The notes below the pieces were generated by a model. That model saw only the letters and a program-made list of their open reading frames with translations, made no database searches and was not told where the DNA came from. Position numbers and translations under genes: made by a program. Below are positions 12,185 through 25,565 of a DNA stretch of 64,000 bases, piece after piece. Source of the DNA: Ruditapes philippinarum (taxonomy: Eukaryota). The stretch covers positions 248,001 through 312,000 of the forward strand of contig NW_026863859.1 of the NCBI RefSeq assembly GCF_026571515.1. The letters run 5' to 3'. Within the stretch, counting starts at the first letter, position 1, and the number at the start of each line of letters is the position of its first letter.

Positions 12185-13897
12185 ATTTCTCTATTTTCCT
12201 TACAATTTTATATTCCCACAAAAATCACTATTGTTTAACAAACGTTACAATCTAGTTTTCTACAGCGATGCTGAGAGCGCTCACGCGTTACGTAATAAAA
12301 CGCTACGGTTCAACTGTTAACCTTTATTAAGTGTGTACGTACATATCAATACATGTCATAGTAACGCTTTTTAAGTTCCCTGAATATTCGTTTCAAAGCT
12401 TATAAATTCCTCATCTATAGACCGTATGTAAATGGCCGTACGATTCTAGCAGAACTTTGCCGGTTAACTACAACATAGAACTATGTGTAAACACTTTTCA
12501 CGTTTAGTCGATAACACCCATTAAACAACGAAACTAATTTCCATTCAGTCTACACATACCCATTACTCATTGTTTACAAACTAGGATAGAGACTCGCAGA
12601 TCACGTGACCCACGAGTCTATAAACGCGCGCGTTCTTTGATTGCTTTAGCAGACGAACGATTTTTCTGTGGGATAAATGATGATGTATTCGCAGGATTAT
12701 GCATGAATAGAAATATCATATACGTTACTCAAAGGAACCACGTTGTGAATATTATATATACACTATAAACATCTCGCAGAGAAAACTTAAGTGGAACAAC
12801 GCTCTTTTATATCGACATCGGAATTCTTTTCAGTTAATACTGCTAACATACTCAGAAAATATTGAAATATGTTGCCATAGTAACGTCTGATCAGATTCTA
12901 GATTGTGTAAAATAGTAGTAAAACAAATACTACAAAAGAAATAAGTAATGACTAGAAGAGTTACTCCCCATTAACATTTTTTTATTCATTTTGACTTTAG
13001 TAAAACTTATATAATACTAGTTTTAGCTTTTTAATTTGTTTTGCTTATTGTGCATTGAAATTTTTTTTATTTTCTTTTGCAGACGTTGGACGGGTTATGA
13101 AATTGTCCACCAGAAACTTTAAATTAGAGCTAAAAATCTGACTGTATAGTACATTGATCGCTGACCTTTTAGAGAATTAATTAAATTTTTGTTTCTCACG
13201 CGCAATTAATCTGAAACCAGTTTTGCCCATTTTCACCGAAATTTCAAGATGTGCATTTGTTGGATATACTGGGTGCATGGAGCGATGGGGGAATGTTAAT
13301 TGGGGACAATTGTTTTACCCGTCACATTAGGTCCTGTACATGTTTATAACAGATACGCATAAACCATTGTAAAGTATAAAATTTATTTCCTCCATTCGTC
13401 AGATGAGTATTCGATTGATTCATATATATATATATATCCCATGATAATAAACGATTTCTTTTGTGTGTGTTGGTTTCTATTTCCTTTCTTTTCCCCGTTT
13501 TATGTTTTGTCGTTTAACACAATACGACTGAGTAAACCTCATTTCATTAAGTATCGACATAGTTCTTTGTTAGAAGTGGTCAGTATCTGTGTTGAAATAA
13601 GTGAAAAATGGCACGTGCATAATTTCTTGCCTGCTATGTATGTAGCCGCCATAAGACAACTGTCTTGTACAAGATTGATGATGAGTAATTGTATATGATA
13701 AAAATACTGTATTTTCTGCTAATAAGATACAAAGAGAAAATGTGTGTAATTAAAAGATACTGTTTATGATTTTTAAAAATAAGATAGCATTTTAGTTTAC
13801 AAGACCACATCTTTTTTATTAATGCTCACTTAAAATTACATTTTTGTTTGATTTTTTTTCAAGAATACTTCCAATATGGCAGTTAGGAAGGTACCTT

Positions 13898-15972
13898 AAA
13901 AGAGCACTGCCGATTTGTAACACTGCTGTACAAACAGCATTTCCGATTTGTAACACTGCTGCTGTTATCTTCAGTGCAAAGAGCTTTATATATTAATAAC
14001 ACCGCTGCTGTTATCTTCAGAACAAAGAGCATTATCTATTTGTAACACCGCTGCTATTATCTTCAGAACAAAGATCATTATCTATTTGTAACACCGCTGC
14101 TGTTATCTTCAGAACAAAGAGCATCATCTATTTGTTACACCGCTGCTGTTATCTTCAGAACAAAAGCCATCATCTATTTGTAACACCGCTGCTGTTATCT
14201 TCAGTGCAAAGAGCATTATCTATTTGTAACACCGCTGCTGTTATCTTCAGTGCAAAGAGCATTATTTATTTGTAACACCGCTGCTGTTATCTTCAGAACA
14301 AAGAGCATTATCTATTTGTAACACTGCTGCTGTTATCTTCAGTACAAAGAGCATTATTTATTTGTAACACCGCTGCTGTTATCTTCAGAGCAAAGAGCAT
14401 TATCTATTTGTAACACCGCTGCTGATATCTTCAGCACAAAGAGCATTATCTTTTTGTAACACCGCTGCTGTTATCTTCAGAACAAAGAACATTATCTATT
14501 TGTTACACCGCTGCTGTTATCTGCAGTGCAAAAAGCATTATCTATTTGTAACACCGCTGCTGTTATCTTCAGAGCAAAGAGCATTATCTATTTGTAACAC
14601 CGCTGCTGTTATCTTCAGAACAAAGAGCATTATCTATTTGTAACACCGCTGCTGTTATCTTCAGAACAAAGAGCATTATCTATTTGTAACACTGCTGCTG
14701 ATATCTTCAGCACAAAGAGCATTGCCAATTTATAACACTGCAGCTATTATCTTTGGTACAAAGAACATTACCGATTTATAACACTGCTGCTGTTATCTTT
14801 GGTACAAAGAGCATTACCGATTTATAACACTGCTGCTGTTATCTTCAATACAAAGGTCATTACCGATTTGTAACACTGCTAGTGCTATCTTCAATACAAA
14901 GATCATTACCGATTTGTAACACTCCTGCTGTTATCTTAAATACAAAGAGCATTACCAATTTGTAACACTGTTGCTGTTATCTTCAGTGCAAAGAGCATTA
15001 CCAATTTGTAACACTCCTGCTGTTATCTTAAATACAAAGAGCATTACCAATTTGTAACACTCCTGCTGTTATCTTAAATACAAAGAGCATTACCAATTTG
15101 TAACACTGTTGCTGTTATCTTAATTACAAAGAGCATTACCAATTTGTAACACTCCTGCTGTTATCTTCAATACAAAGAGCATTACCAATTTGTAACACTG
15201 TTGCTGTTATCTTCAGTGCAAAGAGCATTACCAATTTGTAACACTCCTGCTGTTATCTTAAATACAAAGAGCATTACCAATTTGTAACACTCCTGCTGTT
15301 ATCTTAAATACAAAGAGCATTACCCAATTTGTGCAAAGAGCATTACCAATTTGTAACACTCCTGCTGTTATCTTAAATACAAAGAGCATTACCAATTTGT
15401 AACACTCCTGCTGTTATCTTAAATACAAAGAGCATTACCAATTTGTAACACTGTTGCTGTTATCTTAAAAACAAAGAGCATTACCAATTTGTAACACCGC
15501 TGCTGTTATCTTCGGTACAAAGAGCTTTACCAATTTATAGCACTGTTGCTGATATCTTCAGCACAAAGAGCATTATCGATTTATAACACTGCAGCCGTTT
15601 TTTTCGGTACAAAGAGCATTACCGATTTGTTACAATGCTGCTGTTACATTCAGTGCAAATAGAATTATTGATTTGTAACAATGCTTGTGTTATCTTCCGT
15701 ACAAAGGTCATTACTGATTTGTTACACTCAGTACAAACAGAATTATCGATCTGCTCTTGCATTCAATACAAAGAGCATTGCCGATTTGTAACACTGCTTC
15801 TGTTATATTCAATGAAAAGAGCATTACCGATTTGTGACTTTGTCGCTGTTATCTTCGGTATAAAGAGTATTAGCGATTTATAACACTGCCGCCGTTATCT
15901 TCAGCCGATTTTAACACTACTGCTCATATTATCAGTACAAAGAGCATTACAGGTTTGTAACACTGCTGCTGT
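13898..15972. repeat. 46-bp minisatellite (TGTAACACCGCTGCTGTTATCTTCAGAACAAAGAGCATTATCTATT)n, about 45 copies
   Basis: Period 46 (14041 to 14087), with variant sub-blocks along the array. Confidence 0.95.
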
Positions 15973-16169
15973 TCAGTTTTGGCTTATTCGTGTTTATAAT
16001 ATGTCGTCTCTAAATTTAAATGTACAGTTCAATCTCTGCGGAATAACATCTTTTGGGAGACAAGGTTTTTGGTTGTTGCAGACAGGTGTTGCCCTACAGA
16101 GCTAAAATTCATTGTGAAGTCTTACTTTGTGTAGAACTGATACAATTGTACTTGGTTTAAACATATTTA

Positions 16170-16350
16170 TTTAAGCTCGATTGAGAAACAAGTTCTTGCA
16201 ACTTATATTAATCACTTTCGAGTCCGCTTCCTGGAACCAACCAGTACTGGTGTCATATGGAGAAACATGGTCGTGACCCGAGTAGGGCTCGAACCCATGA
16301 TCTCTGGGTTGAGAGGCAGACACCTTAACCACTAGGCCACCGCTCCCCTT
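16170..16350 (-). mobile_element. tRNA-derived SINE, family 2
   Basis: Minus GGGAGCGGTGGCCTAGTGGTTAAGG (A box) and GGTTCGAGCCC (B box), then AGTACTGGTTGGTTCCAGGAA body shared with 51128. Confidence 0.8.
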
Positions 16351-19300
16351 TACTTAAAACACTTTCTTTAAGCTTGTTTTGTTGATATTCTAAAAATAAC
16401 ACATGTCTCTCGGGGTAATAGTGCATATGAGCAACCCGAGAACTGAAATAAAACACGGGGCGGAGCAATTTTTACGGCTTCCAGATTCTTTTCAGGGGAG
16501 AGAACTAATACAATACATTTTCTTAAGTCTATATAGATTACTCTCCCCTGGCCTGGGAAATATTGCAAAAAATATTGATCAGGTGAGATAACACCATGTG
16601 ACGTGACATTAGGCTATATAGTAAAGAATTTACGTTAATAAATGATATTATATATCGTATGTATCTAATTAATTGATCACTTATCTTAAACTTGATATGA
16701 GGGCGTATATAACTTGGATGTAGTTTACGGAAAAACCTAAGGGACAAGCACAATTGCTTTTGAATAAATAACAAACACAGATTAGAAAAATCTCCAAATA
16801 TTTTAACAACTATTTACATAATTATATTATATACAATCAATCTTTTAGAGGATAAGGTATTAATTATTAATATACTTGTTTAGATATTAAATATAATCAA
16901 CAAAATATGTAAAAAAATTGTTACACATATCTAAATTTAATTACCGATGACATCACCGCGTGCGAGTGACGGTACAGTAAACGTGACGTCAATCCACAGT
17001 GAAATCAATGTGTATTACGTCATAGAGACGTGAACGGTATAATGATGATGTAATCGCTTTTTTGACGTCATGTGTAAGTACTATCACGTCAGTACAGGGT
17101 GATGTCAACGAAATCTGGTGATGTAACATGGGTCTAACGTCAGTTATCTATTGTGTTAGAAATTTAAAAGCCATTTAACGTCAATTCAGGTGAATATCAC
17201 CAAGTAATATAAGAAAAATAGGGAAAAAAAGGAAAACATAAAGAATCATGTAACGCCAGTATACGATGAAATTATCGTCTGAGACCAAAATATTTGTAAT
17301 GTTCAGATTTCTCGTGTCAGCAAATTCTGGCACTACAATTCTTGCATTTATAATATAAAACTATAATATTATACGAAACTGTATATTATACGAAGTTTAC
17401 AAACCGTTGCATATATTTTCTGTTCATTAATGCATACTTGTAATACAAAAACACTTTATATATGTAAATGTGTTGTTGTATTGTTTTTCTTCTTCCATAT
17501 GTGAGGTATTTAACATTTCTTGTAATGAAACGTATGCTATATAATTTTCCAGTGAACATTCTTAAATGATTTATAATATCTTTTAGCATTTTGGAACTTA
17601 ATAAACTAAGTAACCTTAATTGTACCACGAATATATAAATATACAGTAAAACCTCATCTGATACCCACACATGAATCAAAATGGTTTTATTTCGCAAACA
17701 ATACTTAAAAAGGGGAAATTCAAAGATCACAATTTTCTGGCCTAGATGACTTCACAGGAATCAAAATGGCTCTATTTCGCAAATAATACTTTTTTAAGAT
17801 CACACTATTATGTCCTAGATGACTTTTTCTAGAATTAAAAACAAAATTATTTGACAAAAAATGTAACATGGTGGTCGCCACCCACGATGTTTGGGCCTTC
17901 GACAGCGTGCCTATTTGCTCGTATTTACTTAATTACGTAAGACCATTCTACTAGTAAGACACAAATATGAAAGAGGCCCCGGTATCGCCGTTTCACTGTG
18001 AGAATATCAATGTTACAAACAAACATAAATATTTTTTTTCCAAAAACTCCTGAATAATATTTTCTTCTATAATCTTTGATCTAATCATTCTTTAACAAAA
18101 ACTTTAATATTGGTAAATAGTTTTACACAAAAAAAAAATCAGATATTATTTTACAATAAAAGTGTATCTACCAAAGAAAATGAATCGGTTTAAAAGGTTC
18201 CGTTACATACTATAATAATTCACAAAGGCTGAATCCCATTCACTAAAAAATAAAGATTTTTCTTTTTGTATGAAAAAATACCAAAAGTGAAATACATTAC
18301 CGATCAAAACATAAATTTGTAAATGAAAGGGCGTAAAATATTAACAATAATAAACATAACTTTGAGAAAAAAAATAGTTTGGCTGTTGTGGCTCGAAAGA
18401 AACTCATAATAAAAAACACACACACACAAATATATTTGAATCGTCAAAAAATACATCATTGCACAGGGTAAACAAATCACGTGATAACACGTGACAGAAA
18501 ACAGGTCACATGACCAAAATATCACAGGGGAAACAATACAATATCATAAAGTAATATAATTTCAAAGACAGAGAGGGTTTGTTTGTGACTTGTAAATACA
18601 GTGAACAGCAAAAATTATATACATGTACAAATTAAAAATCGACATTATTTCAGATTTGAAATTTGTTGCTGTAGCTGCTTAAAATTTCACAAAAAATGGT
18701 TCATAGTTCGTCATGTATTTTGAAGTTAAAAAAGTAATATAACTTTCTCCTTGCGATATTTTCCAAAGTCAAATGACTTCCCATCGAGTTCACTGCATTT
18801 TCAGATGACTCATAGCTTAGTACAATTTTGGAGGAAGCCCTTTGTGGCAAAAAGAGTTAGTTTTCGCTGTAAAATGTAGATATAAGTCACCCTGGTTCCC
18901 CGATTTGCTAAATGCATAGGAACATGTATGACACATAACAACAAAACATGATATTCACGTGACGCACGTGACCGCGGAAGCTCGTGCGCACGTGAAAAAA
19001 TGTATAGTTTTGTAATTTTTACGAATATATAACGCAGTTATAGAATTATTTTCTTTAAATTGATGATACTGAAGTAAAAAATAGGATATTACAACCATCA
19101 ATTACTTTTAGTTTCAAAAAAAAAATGAAAAAAGAAAGAAAATATTTGTCGAAAATATTTCTTTGCAATAAATGACTCGTAAGCTAATGTAACATTAAAA
19201 GGGAATTGCGCACTTCTTCTTTTCACATGGGTTTTAAATACAAGTACACTATAAGGGTGTTTATTATACAGGGGTTAGTTTTCCTGGGTACTGGAATGTA

Positions 19301-20856
19301 CTGGGACTGCATAATCAACTCTAAACACATACTGAGAAACTAATAAAATGATGCCCCCACCCCCTTTTTTCAGACATTAAACAAAATGGATTGAATTGAA
19401 AGTAACCAAATGTTTTCGAATTACGTCACATTTCCCGAAATTTGCCTAGAATTAATAATGATTTTCACACCCGTAGCGTTTTTTTTTTATAAATCAATAA
19501 AAAAAATTCTTCACATATTACACATTGTTGGTATTCTATGCAAGTTATTAATCAAAGTTTTATATTTGTCCAAAAGCAATTTGTATAAGAACAAAAATTA
19601 CGAAACTGTATAAAAAAAACAACACTAGAAAAAATGGTGTCAATGAACAATAAAAAAGAATAACTGTAAAGATACAAAAGTTGCTCCAACTATAAGTAAA
19701 AAATACGTAATATGAAATATTAACGCAGACAGACAGACAGACAAACGATTTTGTCATAATCAATACATAAATTGCAGATAATTAAAAAGGGGGGAAATAA
19801 CACAACAAAAACACCTGACACAAAATGAATCCCATAAACATTATAACTTTTTTTGAAATTATCTCAAATACAACATTGTGTTGGTTTTACACAAAGTTGA
19901 CATATACATGTACATGTACTTATTAGGTGAGAATCATCTTATAACACAAACTCACGTCCCATATAGATAGGCTTAACCCGCTCAAAGTTAAACAGAAATT
20001 TTGTTCACATAAACGGTCATTAAAGGCAACCCTCGACATCTAATTTAGTGAATATCATCAAATTTTTCTCAATTACTTTGCGAGAAAATTCACCATTAAC
20101 CAATTTCCATAGTTCGGCAAACTGTATAAGGGAAGTAACTGTTGTTGCAATTAACTTTATACATGAGTAATCGTTCCTTTAAGTCATTTATTGTACGGCG
20201 CACCACTATATTCAAGGTATTTCAAATATTTCTGTTTGAAAGACCCTGCGCAAATCATAGGAACAAAACCTTCACTACATTGCAATTTGAACGGACATGG
20301 CAATTTGAACGAAAAGAATAAATGCATGCTTCTTTTTATGCATTAATCAAGCGCTATTTCAATACTTTTACCATAAACAAGTGCATATCTATGGTTGATC
20401 CAACATTTCAGGGACAATTTAGTGATCTGATGCCTGTTTAAAATGTGTATCCATTCGCCGAGTGTAGCGGTTTGTCTGAATTTTGTAAAAGTATTGTTGT
20501 TTTTTGTTGTTTTCTTAAATTCCAACACACTGTCATTGTTTTCAGAGAAAAAAATACTTTTACCGTGGAACAACATCCATTGCTTTTTCTCTCAAAGTTT
20601 ACAAGACGTAACAGTACTAAATCATAAATTAAGAATTAACACTCAAATCGAATAAAGATGATGTAAATGACTTTAAACAATTTGTCAATCTAGTAGCATC
20701 AGTTTTAGATGGCGAAATTTTGGTGAGCAAAAATTAAAATTAAAAAATGAACCACGCTAAATATAACGTCTCCTGCACGCGGCGTCATGGTGACACATAA
20801 ATTCAGGGGGAACAACTATAAAGTAAAGATGTATAAATGGTTCTCTCCCTTGCATC

Positions 20857-20882
20857 TCATGCCATGTGCAGGCGGGAAAATT
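20857..20882 (-). CDS. Calmodulin-like gene, last coding exon (EFSRLHMA*)
   Basis: Acceptor ttctttttaattttacag|AA TTT TCC CGC CTG CAC ATG GCA TGA completes EF-hand 4 in phase 1. Confidence 0.8.
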
Positions 20883-21019
20883 CTGTAAAATTAAAAAGAA
20901 AACATATTATTCCAATACACAAATATGTCTATACTTCATTTGATGTCACAGTCGTGACATACTTAAGCATATTTGATAAAAGTCAAGTGTTATATTAATG
21001 AAATTATATATTGTAGCGT

Positions 21020-21655
21020 TAAGTGCTCGAGGTCTAGAAGACCTTGACCTTCGACGTATTGACCTGAAGACTATAAGGCCATCTACTTGTCATGACCATT
21101 CTCAACAGATAAACTCTTAGGACTGAAGGCAAAATTGTTCTATAATTATCTGCGGACAAGGTTTAAGTGGTCTAAGCTACGGTGACATTGACCTTTGACC
21201 TACTCGCATTTACTTGTCATGACCATTCTCCGCGCTAACTAATAGGGCTGCAGTTGAAAGCGTTATATATTTATTTATCTGACAAGGTTTTGGGGGTTAA
21301 GGTCCGGGTGACCTTGATCTTTAACACATTGAAAGCATAATAGGTTCTGGTCATGACAAACCTCCAGATGGTAATCCAAGGATTTTTCTAGTTTTTGGTC
21401 AAATAAGGTCAAATAAGGTTTTATTGGCCAAGACTTGTGACGTTGACCTTTGACCTTTTGACCGTAAATTCTATAGGAGTCAACTACTTGTCATTATAAA
21501 CTATCACACTAAATCTAACTACAGTAGTTCAAAGTGTTTTATAGTTATTGGTCGGGCACTATTTAAGGGGGTCAAGTCACGGTGACCTTGTCATTTGAAT
21601 TATTGACCTAAATAGGGGTCATCTACTAGCCAAGTGCAATGTCTCTACTAAGTTA
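21020..21655. repeat. Interspersed repeat with recurring TGACCTTGACCTTTGACC / CTACTTGTCATGACC modules in the last intron
   Basis: About five diverged ~130-150-bp modules each containing ggtgaccttgacctttgacc; class unresolved. Confidence 0.7.
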
Positions 21656-21769
21656 TATAAATTACGATTGGGTTCGACTCGACTCTTTTCCATTTTTAAG
21701 CATTAATCTTGCCTATCTTAATAATAATTCAAGGCAACATTGAGCAGGGAAACACGCTTCAAACCCACT

Positions 21770-22271
21770 TTAAAGGTACAATATGCCTCAGAAATGAATT
21801 AATATTTGCTTCTTTAGAAAGGGCAAACATGAGTTTTATAACATTTAAAAGCATGTAAGATGCTTGTTTCCTGAAAAAGATAGCGCTAAATGTAAAATAA
21901 TGTGTCATAAAAGTAGCAAAATGTAAACAAAGTAGTATTTTGACTTCCATATACAACACTAAATCATAAGGAATGTACTTATAACCAAAGAAGCAGAAGA
22001 AAATAGTTTAGGTTATTAGCCGACGGGTAACTAATTCAAAAATAAAAAAAATTAAAAAAAAATGCCAAAAAAAAAATTTTTTTTTATAAATTAAAATGAA
22101 AGTATCAATGGTAGGATACTACGTCATCGCGCACCTGCTGAACATCGGACCATTTGACCATCGGCCATTTTTTGTAGAAAATCCGTCGGCTCGGACGTAA
22201 AATTCGGTTCCATTTTAAGAAATAGTTAAAGTATCAAAATTTAGTGTCCTCCATTGACAATGGGCCTTTAA
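21770..22271. mobile_element. Kolobok-like MITE, longer than other copies
   Basis: TTAA-AGGTACAATATGCCTCAGAAATGAAT ... AATGGGCCT-TTAA; ends about 40 bp from the exon donor. Confidence 0.65.
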
Positions 22272-22309
22272 GAGGGCTATACATCTTTTAATAATACAAC
22301 AAGACTTAC

Positions 22310-22567
22310 CGTCGAAATCAATTAATCCATCTCCGTTTAAATCCGCCTCTGAAAACATTGCTTTAAGGTCTTCATCTGATAAATTTTCCCCCAATCTCCT
22401 CATTACATATTTAAGTTCATGTTTGTCGATAAATCCGTTGCCGTCCATGTCAAACACTTTGAACGCCTCTCGTTTTTTAGCCTCGGCGGAATTCGGATCA
22501 CCTTCGGAATCATCCCGAAACCGTTGCATCATGCTGATAAATTCGTCGTATTCGACATACCCGTTTT
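22310..22567 (-). CDS. Calmodulin-like gene, exon with the end of EF2, linker, EF3 and most of EF4
   Basis: ttttttcag|(E)NGYVEYDEFISMMQRF...AFKVFDMDGNGFIDKHELKYVMRRLGENLSDEDLKAMFSEADLNGDGLIDFD G|GTAAGT; 258 nt. Confidence 0.95.
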
Positions 22568-23475
22568 CTGAAAAAAGAAACTAGTGAATTTGATTGAAAC
22601 TGTCAGTACTTTGATATGCATAATATCGGAAATACCACGGTATCTATTTTTGAAAAAGTTATGACTAGACTGTTCCGTCACATTTATTTTTAAATGTCCT
22701 TTTTTTAGAGCTAAATGATAAATGTTTTCTGGATCATACCTGGGAGGTCACTCTCTGAATCCCATGAATATAACATAAATTTAGACTGAATACATAGCCC
22801 TTTTTTGAAGTTAGAAAATTTTTGGTTAAAGGCTTGCAAGCAACACCAATCTTCAGAACGACATGAACATGTATGTTCTAGTGGTTTTCATTTAAAACGA
22901 ACACAAACATCAGTTCTCGAAAGAAAACTGAAAATATTCACATGAAACCTAATAAAACATGTCTTGGGATCATAATCGAAGGTCACTATTCAAAACCCAT
23001 AAAACTCTGACATAGAATTTTACTGCCTTTAATAAAATTATAGAAATTCTTAGTGGAAAATGTCTGATGTTCGGCTCTTTGTGGACAGCATTTACTCAAT
23101 TCCTCTTTCTTGTCCGTCGTATCCAGTGCCTTCAGCAGATTAATAAAGGTAAGTAATTATTGATAGTCGTGAAATAAAACTCATAAAACAGCATAACAAA
23201 ACTGAATTTACGATCCAATAAAACACAACACCAGCACAGCGCCAGTGCTATAATGAAATGTGAAATGCCATTAAGAGTTTATCTGTACCTGCATGTCCTA
23301 AATTAAAGCCAAGATGTTACATTGTAACGCTATGGTATCAAAGTCCAATTGAAAAAAATATGACAACCTGTCACATAAAAAGGACAATAAGTTATTTTCT
23401 GTAAACAATATTAGATCAATGTCGTAGTTCAAACTCCGCCATACGATACAGTAGCATTACAAGGCGATACTACTG

Positions 23476-23875
23476 TATGGTGGCTGATTTGGAACGCTTT
23501 TGTGCGTCATGTTGTCGCTAGCGAAAGCACGACAAAGCCCCAAACGGCGCATTGTCGGACGTTCGTCTTGTCGTCCTGCCGCTAACGATGCACGCCAAAC
23601 GGTGCGTTGTCGTGCAGCCTGTTGTCGCGATGTGACATTGTCGCTCTGCTCAAATTGAAGGATTGGCGACAGGGTCAAGCGATCGGGCGACAATGCACCA
23701 CACGACAACGCGCCGTTTTGGCGTGCTTCGCTAGAGACAGGACGACAAAACGACAGTGCAATAACGCGCCATTTGGCGCTTTAGCTAATGACAAGACGAA
23801 AAGGCGATAACGATATAGGTTGTGCTGTCGCTATCGACAACGCAACGCGCAAAGTGTACCAAATCAGCCACCATA
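23476..23875. mobile_element. GC-rich MITE with TATGGTGGCTGATTTG inverted termini
   Basis: ~25-bp imperfect TIRs, internal TGTCG/CGACA subrepeats in mirrored orientation; relative at 49853-50049. Confidence 0.85.
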
Positions 23876-24180
23876 TGCTACTCTTTGTATAGGTTTAGTT
23901 TGTACTGAACTATGAAAGTGGAATCTCTTCATAATTGAGATTAACATGTACATTGAAAGTTTTGCCCTTTTTATCTTTATTTGTCATCCAATAAAAACGC
24001 TGAATTTCTTAAAATTTCTGTTAGTTAATTTTCATAGAAGAACAAAAGTCGAAACTATATCCAATCCAATTCATAGTCGCCTTGTATTTTTTCAAAGTAC
24101 TTCATAGAACCGGGTTCATAAAATAATCGTGACGTGAATTTTATGAAGCCAAATAAAGCTTGACAGTAAGTATGTTAGTA

Positions 24181-24286
24181 TTCATCCGTAGCTGTTCTAC
24201 AGAAATTAGAAACATTCTCCGGTCGCGATACCGGTCGCTATCGCCCCCGTCGAAGTTTCTAATTTCTGTAGAACAGCACGGATGAA
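24181..24286. repeat. Short hairpin element with ~33-bp arms
   Basis: ttcatccgtagctgttctacagaaattagaaac ... gtttctaatttctgtagaacagcacggatgaa. Confidence 0.8.
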
Positions 24287-24461
24287 CACTGACATTATAT
24301 ACATAATGCAAGAAAAATAAATATGTATTTCCATTCTAACATGCTAATAAAAAAAGAGAATTGATAAGAATGTGTTGAACTTAAGAAGTGTAGAAGTAAT
24401 TTTCCTGACGTGATTTTGTTTATTGGCGTCATATATGACGTCAAATGAGTTGTAAGCTTAA

Positions 24462-24633
24462 GAAATAACATCGGCCTGAGAGGTGTATATCGGCTATTTA
24501 ACACCGGTTTGGAGTTTTGATGCGTAGGAATTGACCACGAAGGCCGTAGGCCTGAGTGGTTAATTTTCTCGCATCGAAACGACAAAACCGGTGTTAAATA
24601 GCCGATATACACCTCTCAGACCGATGTTATTTC
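24462..24633. repeat. Hairpin element with ~48-bp near-perfect arms
   Basis: aaataacatcggcctgagaggtgtatatcggctatttaacaccggttt ... aaaccggtgttaaatagccgatatacacctctcagaccgatgttattt. Confidence 0.85.
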
Positions 24634-25289
24634 GATTCTAACACGATAAAATAAGGAAAATCACTTATGTTATTTTTCAAGCGGAAATAACTTCCGGTGC
24701 CGATTTTCGTATAACGCTGTTCGATTTTCGCACCCTGCTGTTGCGAAGATATATAAATTATTAAACAAAAGAAATAATAAGAAAAAAACCGTTATTTTAT
24801 CAAGTTTTCAACAATAAAAACTGACGTCGTATTGTGTTTACGTCAGTGCTCCATTTATCATTATTGTATGTATGAAATAACGTCAGCTTGTTTATGAATG
24901 AGTTGTTTACTTAGGATGACGTCATTACGCTGCTTATACGGATTGGCGCCGTTTTGTCAAAATATTTATTAACTGATATGGATCTAATATGTGGCGTTAG
25001 TGTATGTGAGATATTATTTCGGTATTGTATGAAAAGAAAGCATTATACGAACTGAAATATAAATAAAAATGTTTTTTATTGTTGCTTTAAAATGCTTTGT
25101 AAACTATACAATCGAAGGTGAAAACATAACAGCGCATATACAAGTAGTCCCTAACCGGTGTGTATTGGCAGTTTAACACCAGTTTTTTTCCTTCTTTGTC
25201 TATAGTTACAAAATCACGTGAGTGTTAGAATTAGGTTTTTATGCTGTGCCTATAATTATGGTGTAATAATGCTTTTTATCGCCCTGCAC

Positions 25290-25565
25290 AGCCGTCCGGT
25301 TAGCTCAATAGGTAGAGTGTTGGACTGTTAACCGGACGGCGCGGGCCATTTCCGTTGTGATTGATAATGAAATCTTTTCTACAGTCATTTGCACTGTAGA
25401 TCTACCTCTGCTCTGGTATGTACAAAAGTTGCAGATTCTTGCGAAAGTGAAGGCAACTTGTACTTGAAAACTGCCTGACAGCTTGCCCAGGATTGATGCG
25501 CTGGCTGCTCTGGTAAATTCAATGTGGCTTATTGCGTGTAGCGGGGTGAAAACTACCAACACCAC
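25290..25565 (+). mobile_element. Degenerate tRNA-derived SINE
   Basis: GCCGTCCGGTTAGCTCAATAGGTAGAGTG A-box head; B box lost; boundaries approximate. Confidence 0.55.

Noticed and set aside
16255-16350. Possible tRNA genes (also ~1420-1500, 5580-5637, 26790-26868, 51128-51210)
   Set aside because: A/B boxes are followed by shared non-tRNA bodies and no clean cloverleaf is evident; these are SINE heads
22215-22532. Stand-alone 105-aa two-EF-hand protein from the ORF track
   Set aside because: Flanked by canonical splice sites; it is an internal exon with read-through into the intron
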